Positions 39,051-47,839 of a stretch of DNA of 64,000 nucleotides are shown piece after piece. Source of the DNA: an uncultured Holophaga sp. (GTDB lineage Bacteria > Acidobacteriota > Holophagae > Holophagales > Holophagaceae). Both the position numbers and the translations under genes were made by a program. The notes beneath the pieces were generated by a model. It saw nothing but the letters and a program-made list of their open reading frames with translations, was not told where the DNA came from and made no database searches. The DNA is taken from the NCBI GenBank assembly GCA_963664825.1, contig OY761614.1, positions 1,280,001 to 1,344,000 of the forward strand, in the 5' to 3' direction. Positions within the stretch are counted from its first letter, which is position 1; every line of letters begins with the position of its first letter.

Positions 39051-41435
39051 TTATCGCCCGGGAAGGCCGGGGGCGGCCAAGACCGCCTCCAGGCTTTCCT
39101 TTTCGGGCCCCCGGGGTTCCCTGGCCAACACGGCGCGAAGGGCCTCCTGGCTCTCCCGGGTGTTCAGGCATATCAGGGCCTTCAGGGCCGCAGTCCGGAT
39201 GGGGAGCGGCTCCCGGTTATCGGTGAAGAAACCCCGGCGCCGGGCCATCAGCTCCACCAGGGCCGGGATGGAGGAGGCCGATCCCAGGCTGCCGAGCACC
39301 TCCAGCGCCCTCACCCGAACGCGCTCCTGCACGGCCTTGAAGCGGCCCTCCCGCTTCGCCATTTCGATGAGCGCGGGCACCGCCTGCTTGGTGCCCATCT
39401 CGTTGAGGATGAAGAGCACTTCCATCTGGATGCCCGGGTCCCGGTGGCCCAGGAGGGGAATCAAGGAGGTTTCCGCCGCTCTCCCCCCCATTCGGCCGAT
39501 GGCACGAATGGCAGCCCCTGCCACGCGCACATCCGAATGGCCCAGGAAGGGCAGGAGGTCCTGGACGCGCTCGGGGCCCGCGATCTCCCCCAGCACGATG
39601 ATCGCGTTCCGCAGGACGAACCATTCTTCGGATTTCAGGGATTCCAGGAGGGGAGCCTCGGCAATCTGGCCGCAGGCCTTGAGGGCCTCCAAGAGATGGT
39701 TCCTCCGGCCCCGATCCGGCTCGTCGGTGAGGCGCTCCACCAGATAGTTGGCGGCGGTGGGTCCCAGCATGCGGAGATAGGGATGGATCCTGGCGCTGCC
39801 CTCCTCCCGATCCATCTGGAAGAGCTGGGTGAGCACCTTGTTGAGGCGATCAGGCGCCCCCAGGCGGGCCAGGAGATCCCCAGTGGCCTGGGCCTTCCAG
39901 GGAGCCGGTAGGCTGAGCTCCGTGACCACGTCCTGCAAATCGGAGAACAGCTCGTGAGCCTTGGCCGGATTCCCGCTCTCCACCCAGAACCAGAGGATGT
40001 GCTCGACGGCCCTGGAGATGAACTGGTGGACCTCGGGATCCTTCTCGCGGCCGAAGGTCCTGGAGAGGAGTTCCATCAGCTCCTCCATCAGGGGCAAGGG
40101 CATGCCCGGGATATCCACCCAATCGGCGATCTGCTCGAAGGCCGAGGCCACTGCGGCCCGACGGGCCACCGCAGGCACGGAAAGGCCCGTGGAAAAATGC
40201 CGCATGAGCCGCAGAAATTCTAGGTTGCGCCCCCCTTCCAGCATTTCACGCATGAAGGCGAGCACCTTCTCCACCGGCATCTCGAAGATCCGCTGGCCCT
40301 CCAGGAGCTTGGCCAGCTTGACCTCAGGGGCCTGGCTTTCCCAACCCATGATATCGACCAGATTCCGCAGTTGGCCTTCGGTCATGCCCTCCTGGCGCAG
40401 GGCCTTCACCAGCTCATCCCGCCACTGTTCGGGGTTGGGACTCAAGGGATTGAGCTGCTCGGCGATCTCCCCGGCCTTCTCCTCGGAGATCGAGCCCCGG
40501 GCGTAGGCCGCCGCAAAGCTGGGAGCCGCCATGGTGTTCGAGAGTCGCGCGAACAGATTGCGCAGAGGGCCGGCATGAAGCCCAGCGGCCCCTCGAAAGA
40601 GCTCGATCTGCTGCTCCGGAGCCAGGGAGGCCAGGGCTTGGCGCACGGCCCCTTGAGTGCCCGGCTGCACGCCCTGTTGATCCATGCCCAGGCTCTGGAG
40701 ATAGCCCCCGAGCCCCGACAGATCCGGCGCACCCGGGGACCCCGCGATCCGACCCAACAGGAAACCCCTCATCTGTTCCACCAGGCTGCCCAAGCCGTGG
40801 CCCTGGGTACCCACGCCACTGGCGGCCTGGCCCGTGAGGGCCGGGGCTCCGGAAGGAGGCACCGGGATCCGTGGCCCAACGGATGCAGGACCGGGAGTCC
40901 CAGGTACAGAGGTGGGTGCCCCGGCCGCAGAAGCCTGGGCCCCCGGCGAAGGCATGGCCGCCGCCCACCCTGCCATGGATTCCAACAGGGCCGCTGGGAT
41001 CTCCCCCCGCTCCGAGACATCCTCCAGGCGCACCGCCAGGATCCGGATCCGGAGGACGCCCTTGTCCTCCAATAGCTTTTTGGCCCCCCCTTGAACCCGC
41101 ATCTGGGCCGGTTTCAGGCACAGCACATCGATGAGCGCCTGCAACTCTTCCAGGGTGGCCCCGGGGTAGAGCAGCAGGGCATGGATGCCATGCTCCTCGA
41201 ATTCGTTGGCCAGGGCCTTGATCTGGAGGTTCTGCGAATCCTCGATCACCTTATCGACGAACATCTTCCCGCTGCGGGCGGCGATCTGGATCTGCGCCTT
41301 GTCCTTGAGAAAACGCTGATAGCCCCCCTGCAGGGCGCTCACACCCTCGGCGTTCCGAGCATGGGTGGGGCCGTAGAGGCGGCAGGTCTTCAGAGCCCAC
41401 TGGAAGCTCACCAGGAAATCGAGGGAAGTGGTCAT
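39051..41435 (-). CDS. HEAT-repeat protein
   Basis: C-terminal HEAT/PBS repeats (WFVLRNAIIVLGEI, DVRVAGAAIRAIG, VRVRALEVLGSLG); Pro/Gly/Ala-rich linker. Confidence 0.8.
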   Translation of the reverse strand: MTTSLDFLVSFQWALKTCRLYGPTHARNAEGVSALQGGYQRFLKDKAQIQIAARSGKMFVDKVIEDSQNLQIKALANEFEEHGIHALLLYPGATLEELQALIDVLCLKPAQMRVQGGAKKLLEDKGVLRIRILAVRLEDVSERGEIPAALLESMAGWAAAMPSPGAQASAAGAPTSVPGTPGPASVGPRIPVPPSGAPALTGQAASGVGTQGHGLGSLVEQMRGFLLGRIAGSPGAPDLSGLGGYLQSLGMDQQGVQPGTQGAVRQALASLAPEQQIELFRGAAGLHAGPLRNLFARLSNTMAAPSFAAAYARGSISEEKAGEIAEQLNPLSPNPEQWRDELVKALRQEGMTEGQLRNLVDIMGWESQAPEVKLAKLLEGQRIFEMPVEKVLAFMREMLEGGRNLEFLRLMRHFSTGLSVPAVARRAAVASAFEQIADWVDIPGMPLPLMEELMELLSRTFGREKDPEVHQFISRAVEHILWFWVESGNPAKAHELFSDLQDVVTELSLPAPWKAQATGDLLARLGAPDRLNKVLTQLFQMDREEGSARIHPYLRMLGPTAANYLVERLTDEPDRGRRNHLLEALKACGQIAEAPLLESLKSEEWFVLRNAIIVLGEIAGPERVQDLLPFLGHSDVRVAGAAIRAIGRMGGRAAETSLIPLLGHRDPGIQMEVLFILNEMGTKQAVPALIEMAKREGRFKAVQERVRVRALEVLGSLGSASSIPALVELMARRRGFFTDNREPLPIRTAALKALICLNTRESQEALRAVLAREPRGPEKESLEAVLAAPGLPGR

Positions 41436-41560
41436 GGGTTGGGGTCCGCTGGAATGAACAATATTACCCAGCCCATCCGGGGCGGGGAGCCCGTTATGCC
41501 TTTTTGTCCTGCCCGGCTCGGAATTTCTTTTCAAAGTCCTTCACCGCCCCACCCAGGGCC

Positions 41561-41597
41561 CCCTCCAGCACCTCTCCCACGAGATCGTAGGCGTGGG
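41561..41597 (-). repeat. Second copy of the rimO 3' end (direct repeat with 41769-41805)
   Basis: 34/37 identity; TCTCCCACGAGATCGTAGGCGTGGG identical at 41573-41597 and 41781-41805. Confidence 0.9.
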
Positions 41598-41768
41598 ACG
41601 GGGCCCCGTCCCTGAGCGCGCAGCGCGAAGGGGAGAAAGGCGCCGCGCGCCTTTCGATCCGGGGGTAGTCCTGGAGGCCCGGCGGCATCGCCGCCCCGGG
41701 GCCGAAGGCCCCGGAAAGCCTACGAGCGGCGCTTGATCCTGAAGGCCACCTCGAGGACCTACGCCCCG
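41598..41768. mobile_element. Multi-hairpin REP/MITE-like non-coding element between the two rimO 3'-end copies
   Basis: Hairpins at 41595-41612, 41635-41655, 41681-41695 and 41696-41714; long-range stem 41661-41677 with 41749-41767. Confidence 0.55.
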
Positions 41769-43090
41769 CCCTCTACCACTTCTCCCACGAGATCGTAGGC
41801 GTGGGCCTCCGTGATCTTCACCGACTGGATGGTGCCCACCCGGGGTTCGCCTCCGACGATGAGCACGCTGCCATCGACTTCCGGGGCCTGGCCCCGGTGG
41901 CGTCCCTTAAATACCAGCTCGGTCTCCTCGTGGGCGCCCTCCACCAATACTTCCAGGGTCTGCCCCACCAGGGCCTGGTTCTTGGTGCGGCTGATCTGCT
42001 GCTGGAGTTCCAGGAGCCTCCGCTTGCGGCTCTGCTTGCTCCGCTCCGGCACGGGATCCCCCAAGGGAAAAGCGGGTGTGCCCTCCTCCTGGGAGTAGGT
42101 GAAGACCCCCACGTGCTCGAACTCGGCCTCCTTCACGAAATCGAAGAGGCCCTGGAAGGATTCCGGGGTTTCCCCGGGGAAGCCCACGATGAAATTGGAA
42201 CGGATGAAGACTCCGGGCACGAGGCGGCGGGCGCGCTCCAGCAGCTTGAAGAAGGCTGCCGCCCCGCCCCCCCGGGCCATGGTCTTGAGGATCAGGGGAT
42301 CGGCATGTTGGAGGGGCATATCCAGGTACTTGCAGCAATTGGACGTCTCGGCCATGGCGCGGAGGAGGCCGTCGGTGGTGCGGTTGGGGTAGCTGTAGTG
42401 GATGCGGAACCAGGGCAGGCCCTCCACCTGGCCGAGGGCCCGCACCAGCTTCTCCAGGGCATCCGGGTCCCCCAGATCCCGGCCAAAATCCGTCGTGTCC
42501 TGGCCCACCAGGCTGATCTCCAGGACCCCCTGGGCCACCAGGTTGCGGGCCTCGGCCAGGATGCTCGGGATGGAACGGCTGCGCTGGGGACCGCGGATGG
42601 AAGGGATGGCGCAGAAGGCGCAGGCATGGTCGCATCCCTCGCTGATCTTAAGGTAGGCCGTGGCCTTGGGGGTGGTGAGGAGCCGCGGGCTGGCTTCGCT
42701 ATAGAGGTAGGCCGGGTCCCGCTCGGGCTCGAAGAGGCGGTCATCGGCGCCGATGACTTCGGCGATGTGCTCGATATCCCGGGTGCCGATGCAGGCGTCG
42801 ATCTCGGGCATATCGGCCAGCAGCTCGTCCCGGTAACGCTCCACCAAACAGCCCGCCACGATCAGCTTCCTGCAGGCTCCGGTCTGCTTCATGGCGGCGG
42901 CCTCCAGGATGGCTTCGATGGATTCCTGCTTGGCGGGCTCGATGAAGGCGCAGGTGTTGATCACCAGCACCTCGGCCTCCTCCATGGAATGGGTGAGAGT
43001 GAAGCCCTTGAGCCTCAGATGGCCCAGCATGACCTCGCTGTCCACGAGGTTCTTGGGGCATCCCAGCGAAATGAAACCGACCTTGATCAT
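41759..43090 (-). CDS. rimO: Ribosomal protein S12 methylthiotransferase
   Basis: SLGCPKNLVDSE, NTCAFI, AGCLVERY, radical SAM CDHACAFC, QAPEVDG, TRAM domain. Confidence 0.96.
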   Translation of the reverse strand: MIKVGFISLGCPKNLVDSEVMLGHLRLKGFTLTHSMEEAEVLVINTCAFIEPAKQESIEAILEAAAMKQTGACRKLIVAGCLVERYRDELLADMPEIDACIGTRDIEHIAEVIGADDRLFEPERDPAYLYSEASPRLLTTPKATAYLKISEGCDHACAFCAIPSIRGPQRSRSIPSILAEARNLVAQGVLEISLVGQDTTDFGRDLGDPDALEKLVRALGQVEGLPWFRIHYSYPNRTTDGLLRAMAETSNCCKYLDMPLQHADPLILKTMARGGGAAAFFKLLERARRLVPGVFIRSNFIVGFPGETPESFQGLFDFVKEAEFEHVGVFTYSQEEGTPAFPLGDPVPERSKQSRKRRLLELQQQISRTKNQALVGQTLEVLVEGAHEETELVFKGRHRGQAPEVDGSVLIVGGEPRVGTIQSVKITEAHAYDLVGEVVEGGA

Positions 43091-43196
43091 GGAGCTTCTC
43101 CGGCCGACCCGAGCGGGATCGGAACTCCACAGAGTACCGCCTCGGGGCGAAAAGCCCCCGTGATAGACTCCTGCACACCCTGCTTGGACTCCCTGG

Positions 43197-44768
43197 ATGA
43201 AGATCACCCTCTTGGTGGAAGGCACCCGGCACTCCCTCGAATTGACCGAGGAGGGCCTGACCCTGGGCCGAGGCGACGCCGCCACCCTGCGCGTGCCCTC
43301 CAATGCCGTCAGCCGGGTCCATGCCCGCTTCTTCCTGAAGGATGGGAGGCCCCATGTGCTGGACCTCAAGTCCCTGAACGGAACCACCCTCAACGGGGTT
43401 GCCGCGAACACGCCCCTCCTCCTCCACCCCGGGGATAGCGTGCTCCTGGGGGAAGTCCCCATCCAATGGGTGCCAGAGGGGCCCATTGCTTTCGCGCCCT
43501 CGCCCGTGGTCCCCAAGGGCGCCACCGAATCGAGGATCGCCCTGGAGGACCGGGCCTTCGACGCCTCCGGCAGCATCCTGATTCCCCACGCCAGCCTAGA
43601 GGCCATGCTCCAGGCCGAGAAACCCCTCCTGGAGGTGGGGGCCCTCTTCCAGCGCCTAGCCACCATGGCCGGTCAGCTGCTGCGGGCCGCCAGCCTGCAG
43701 GAACTCCTGGATTCGGTGATGACCCTGGTGACGGGCCAGATCCCCTGCCAGCGAGGCTTCATCCTCCTCACGGGGCCTGCGGGGGAACTCGTCCCAGAAC
43801 TGGTCTGGGAGGAGAAGCCCGGCGCCCTCACCAGTCCCATCAGCCGCACCATCGCCCGCATGGCCATGCAAGACCGGGTGACCATCCTCACCACGGACGC
43901 CCGGGTGGATCCGCGCTTCGCCGCAGGGGAAAGCATCAGGATCCATGGGATCACTTCGGCGCTCTGCACGCCCCTCATCGTCGACGAGCAGGCTCTTGGG
44001 GTGATCTACCTGGAGACCAGCCTGAACAAGGGGGGCTTCAAGGAGGAGGACGAGCATCTCCTCTCGGCCATGGGCAATTTCGCGGCCGTGGGCATCCAAC
44101 GGGAGCGGGAGGCCCGCTTCCGACAGCGCCTGGAGCGCTATCACAGCCCCCAGGTGGTGAGTGAAATCCTGAAGGCCGCCCAGAGCCTGGACGCCCCCCT
44201 CCTCCAGGCTCGGCGCTGCGAGATCAGCGTGCTCTTCGCCGATATCTCGGGCTTCACGCGCATGAGCGAAGGGATGGAACCCCTCCAACTGGCCGCGATC
44301 CTCAACCGCTCCTTCGAGGTCATGACCGACCAGATCTTTGCCCGGGGCGGCACCCTGGATAAGTACATCGGGGACGCCATCATGGCCTTCTTCGGGGCGC
44401 CGGCTCCGGACCCGGAGCACGCCCGCCATGCAGTGGAAGCCGCCGTGGCCATGCAGCAGGCCCTGGAATTCATGAACGCGAACCGGCCCGAGGGCTATCC
44501 CGAGCTGCGCATGCGCATCGGCGTCAACAGCGGGGAGGCCTTCGCCGGCGATATCGGGTGCGAGAAGCGCATGGACTACACGGTCATGGGCTCCACGGTG
44601 AACTTGGCCTCCCGCCTGGAAAGCTCCGTGGCCCGGCCGAACCAGGTCATCATCGGCCCACGCACCGCGGAGATCCTGGGTCCCGAGCACCTGCGTCCAC
44701 TGGATCCCGTGAACCTGAAAGGCATCGACCACGAAATCCGCCCCTTCGAAGTGCTCTGGCAGGAGTAG
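43197..44768 (+). CDS. FHA-GAF-class III adenylate cyclase
   Basis: FHA GR...VSRVHA...DLKSLNGT; GAF; FADISGFT, DKYIGDAIMA (Lys), DYTVMGSTVNLASRLE (Asp), consistent with ATP specificity. Confidence 0.92.
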   Translation: MKITLLVEGTRHSLELTEEGLTLGRGDAATLRVPSNAVSRVHARFFLKDGRPHVLDLKSLNGTTLNGVAANTPLLLHPGDSVLLGEVPIQWVPEGPIAFAPSPVVPKGATESRIALEDRAFDASGSILIPHASLEAMLQAEKPLLEVGALFQRLATMAGQLLRAASLQELLDSVMTLVTGQIPCQRGFILLTGPAGELVPELVWEEKPGALTSPISRTIARMAMQDRVTILTTDARVDPRFAAGESIRIHGITSALCTPLIVDEQALGVIYLETSLNKGGFKEEDEHLLSAMGNFAAVGIQREREARFRQRLERYHSPQVVSEILKAAQSLDAPLLQARRCEISVLFADISGFTRMSEGMEPLQLAAILNRSFEVMTDQIFARGGTLDKYIGDAIMAFFGAPAPDPEHARHAVEAAVAMQQALEFMNANRPEGYPELRMRIGVNSGEAFAGDIGCEKRMDYTVMGSTVNLASRLESSVARPNQVIIGPRTAEILGPEHLRPLDPVNLKGIDHEIRPFEVLWQE

Positions 44769-44864
44769 CCTTCCCGAAGGGGGACACTTGCCCTGGGACG
44801 CGCCTCCGTCCAGAATTCAGATCCACGGCCGAAATGACCGATCGATCCATGAGGATCAGGAACC

Positions 44865-45260
44865 ATGTCTTCAGAACGCCGACAATTCACCCGCATTCCC
44901 CTGGGAGCCACCGTGGGCTTCCAGGAATTGACCTTTTCGGGGGCCCCGGAGCCTGCCCGAAGCGTCTTCAAGGATGTATCAGCCGGGGGACTCCTGCTGA
45001 GCGCCCCCCGGGAATATCCCTTGGGCACGCTCCTCAAGCTGGAGGTCCAGATCCCGGGCTGGGGAAGGCATCAGGGCGGCTTCGGCTCGGCCAGCGACAA
45101 GGACACCCGCCCCCTGGGGGCCATCGGGCAAGTCGTCCGGATCGAACAGATGGACGCCGGGGACTTCGAACTTGGAATAAAATTCATCAATGTCTACCCC
45201 GATGACTGGGCGGCCCTTCTAAAATTCATCGAGGCCGCCGCCCCTGCGGAAGCGAACTAG
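44865..45260 (+). CDS. PilZ-domain protein
   Basis: RxxxR (RQFTR) and DxSxxG (DVSAGG) c-di-GMP motifs; LGIKF. Confidence 0.88.
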   Translation: MSSERRQFTRIPLGATVGFQELTFSGAPEPARSVFKDVSAGGLLLSAPREYPLGTLLKLEVQIPGWGRHQGGFGSASDKDTRPLGAIGQVVRIEQMDAGDFELGIKFINVYPDDWAALLKFIEAAAPAEAN

Positions 45261-45285
45261 CCTGAACCTTTCGAAGGAGAATCCC

Positions 45286-45642
45286 TTGAAGATCCTGATC
45301 GTGGATGACTCATCGACGATGCGCCGCATCATCATCAACACCCTGTCCCGCATCGGCTATTCCGATGTGGTCGAGGCCGAGCATGGCAAGGTCGGCCTGG
45401 AAAAACTCAGCCAGGGCGGTGTGGAGATGATCATCACGGACTGGAATATGCCCGAGATGGACGGCCTGGAGTTCGTCACCACCGTGCGCACCACCAATGC
45501 CAATATCCCCATCCTCATGGTCACCACCAACGCCGCCAAGGAAGACATCGTGGCGGCCCTCCAGGCGGGGGTGAACAACTACGTGGTCAAGCCCTTCACG
45601 CCCGACACCCTGAAGGAAAAGATCGAGTCCTTGCTCGGCTAG
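45286..45642 (+). CDS. cheY: Chemotaxis response regulator CheY
   Basis: ILIVDDSSTMRRII, TDWNMPEMDG, YVVKPFT; TTG start after GAAGGAG. Confidence 0.93.
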   Translation: MKILIVDDSSTMRRIIINTLSRIGYSDVVEAEHGKVGLEKLSQGGVEMIITDWNMPEMDGLEFVTTVRTTNANIPILMVTTNAAKEDIVAALQAGVNNYVVKPFTPDTLKEKIESLLG

Positions 45643-45739
45643 AACCCATCGATCGCCAATCCCAGGGAAAGGCTCCGAAGGCCGTACCTGGGATCCGGAT
45701 GATAGGTTTAGATCATGACGCGTGCGGCCCGGGGGTTCC

Positions 45740-46312
45740 ATGGATCAGTCTGAAATCGATGCCCTGATGAAGCCCGGCGGCAAGCCCGCGGGCAAGGGGA
45801 AAAAGGCCCAGGAGCCCCCTCCCACGGAGGTGCCTGCGGTAGCCGCCGATAAGGACGGCCAGGTCATCTCCGAGATCGATACGGTCACCGCCGTCACCGA
45901 GCGCGAGACCAACAAGGTGATGGATCAGCTGGATCTGATCAGCCAGCTCGTCCTGAAGCAGCAGGAGCTCGTCATGAAGGCCATGGAGCAGCCCGGCGCC
46001 GAGGGGGCCTCGGCCCAGCAGGCCCTCCACGAGATCATGTCGGCGGGGAAGACCATCCAGGACAAGGTCTACGAGGCCATGGACCTGATGCAGTTCCAGG
46101 ACATCACCCGCCAGAAGCTCGAACGCATCGTCTACCATCTGCGTCAGATCCACGACTACATCGTGGATCTCCTGGGCACGGGCCTGAAGAGCGAAGGGGA
46201 GCGGGCCAATATCAGCCGCACCATCGCCCAGACCGGCACCACGCCCGATGAACGCAAGTTCCATGCGGACTCCGTGGTTGAGGAGTTCAAGCGCACCCAG
46301 CAGAAGAGTTGA
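45740..46312 (+). CDS. CheZ-like phosphatase
   Basis: Coiled coil with MQFQDITRQKLERI (DxxxQ motif); N-terminal DQSEIDAL peptide. Confidence 0.75.
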   Translation: MDQSEIDALMKPGGKPAGKGKKAQEPPPTEVPAVAADKDGQVISEIDTVTAVTERETNKVMDQLDLISQLVLKQQELVMKAMEQPGAEGASAQQALHEIMSAGKTIQDKVYEAMDLMQFQDITRQKLERIVYHLRQIHDYIVDLLGTGLKSEGERANISRTIAQTGTTPDERKFHADSVVEEFKRTQQKS

Positions 46313-46315
46313 ACC

Positions 46316-47839
46316 ATGCCCACCGCGGATCTCCAGACTCGGAATGCCCAGGATCTCGTCCCCTCCGGCCAGCTCGTCACCTTCACCCTGGATTCGGTTG
46401 AGTTCGGCCTGGATATCGATCGGGTCCAGGAGATCACCCCTCGGGCAGGCATCACGCCCGTTCCGGGAGCCCCCAGCTTCGTGCTGGGGGTGGTGAATCT
46501 GCGGGGCATCATCATCCCCGTCCTCGATAGCCGCCTCCGCTTCCACTTGGCCCCGGTGGAGCCCACGCCCAAGACCCGGATCATCATCCTGGACCTGGCG
46601 GGCCAACCCACGGGCCTCCAGGTGGATTCCGTCGCCGAGGTGGTTCGCCTGGAGGACTTCACCCTCCGGGAGACGCCGCCCCTCGTGGCGGGCGTCCGCA
46701 GCGACTACCTGGCCGGCATGGTGACCGTGGGCAGCCGCCTCATCACTCTCATCAATCTGGACAAGATCCTCGATAGCTCCGAATTCAGCCAGCGGGAGCT
46801 GCTCCTGGAGGGCAGCGCCGGATCTCCAGCCTTCGGCGGCGCGGCTGCCGATAGCCTCCAGGACCAGGTGGATAACGAGATCCCCTACGTGACCTTCGCC
46901 ATGGGCCAGGAATCCTTCGGCATCAATCTCCAGCTGGTGGAGGAGATCATCGAGCGTCCCCCGGTGACCAAGGTCCCGGACGCCCCCGATTACGTGATGG
47001 GTGTCATCTGCCTGCGGGACCAGGTGCTGCCCCTCCTCGACTTCATCCAGTTGCTCCCCGTGGAGGACGATGGCACCGTGGTTCATCGGGAGATGGTCAT
47101 CCTGCTCTCCTTCGGCGAGGCGCGGGTGGGTATCGCCGTCGACGCCATCCAGGAGATCATCCGGGTCCGGGACGAGGATGTGCTGCCCCCTCCCCAGACG
47201 CTTTCGGAAGCCGAAGCAAGCAAGTTCGAAGGCGTGGTGGTGCGTTCGGATCGCATGGTCAGCCTCCTGAAGGTCCTCGATGTCATCGGCGGCGCCGATC
47301 AGGAAAAGATCGCCGCCATGGGCACGGCCCTGACGGAACGGCTAGCCCACGAGGTGGTGGTGGAGAATTTCGATCTCCCGCTGGTGGTCTTCCGCCTCGG
47401 AGACGAGTCATATAGCCTCCACCTGCAGGAGGTCCGCGAGATCATCATGGCGGGTCTCGTGACCCCTGTGCCCAGGGCCCCCTCCTTCATCGACGGCGTG
47501 CTGAACCTGCGGGGGGAGGTCATGCCCGTCATCGATCTCCGGGACCGCTTCGGCCTCCCGCGCCAGGAGCGCACCAGCCTCTCGCGCATCATCATCACCC
47601 CCATCGGCGGCGTCTTCACGGGCCTGGTGGTCGATTCGGTGGAGGAAGTGAAGAACGTGGACCAGCGCAGGCTCGAGGAGCCTCCCAAGGTGACGGCCGC
47701 CGGAGCCAATGCCTACATCACCAAGGTGGCCCGAACCGATACGGGGGTTGCCTTTCTCCTGGATATCCAGCACCTCCTCACGGACACGGAGGGCCGACAG
47801 CTCGACTCCTTCCAGGGCAGGAAGAGGACAGAATCATGA
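46316..47839 (+). CDS. cheW: Triple-domain CheW protein
   Basis: Three CheW units: GVVNLRGIIIPVLD, GVICLRDQVLPLLD, GVLNLRGEVMPVID. Confidence 0.92.
   Translation: MPTADLQTRNAQDLVPSGQLVTFTLDSVEFGLDIDRVQEITPRAGITPVPGAPSFVLGVVNLRGIIIPVLDSRLRFHLAPVEPTPKTRIIILDLAGQPTGLQVDSVAEVVRLEDFTLRETPPLVAGVRSDYLAGMVTVGSRLITLINLDKILDSSEFSQRELLLEGSAGSPAFGGAAADSLQDQVDNEIPYVTFAMGQESFGINLQLVEEIIERPPVTKVPDAPDYVMGVICLRDQVLPLLDFIQLLPVEDDGTVVHREMVILLSFGEARVGIAVDAIQEIIRVRDEDVLPPPQTLSEAEASKFEGVVVRSDRMVSLLKVLDVIGGADQEKIAAMGTALTERLAHEVVVENFDLPLVVFRLGDESYSLHLQEVREIIMAGLVTPVPRAPSFIDGVLNLRGEVMPVIDLRDRFGLPRQERTSLSRIIITPIGGVFTGLVVDSVEEVKNVDQRRLEEPPKVTAAGANAYITKVARTDTGVAFLLDIQHLLTDTEGRQLDSFQGRKRTES

Noticed and set aside
41561..41805. 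rimO repeat pair as a diversity-generating retroelement TR/VR
   Set aside because: Only 37 bp, the mismatches include a C/G change rather than being adenine-specific, and there is no reverse transcriptase in the window
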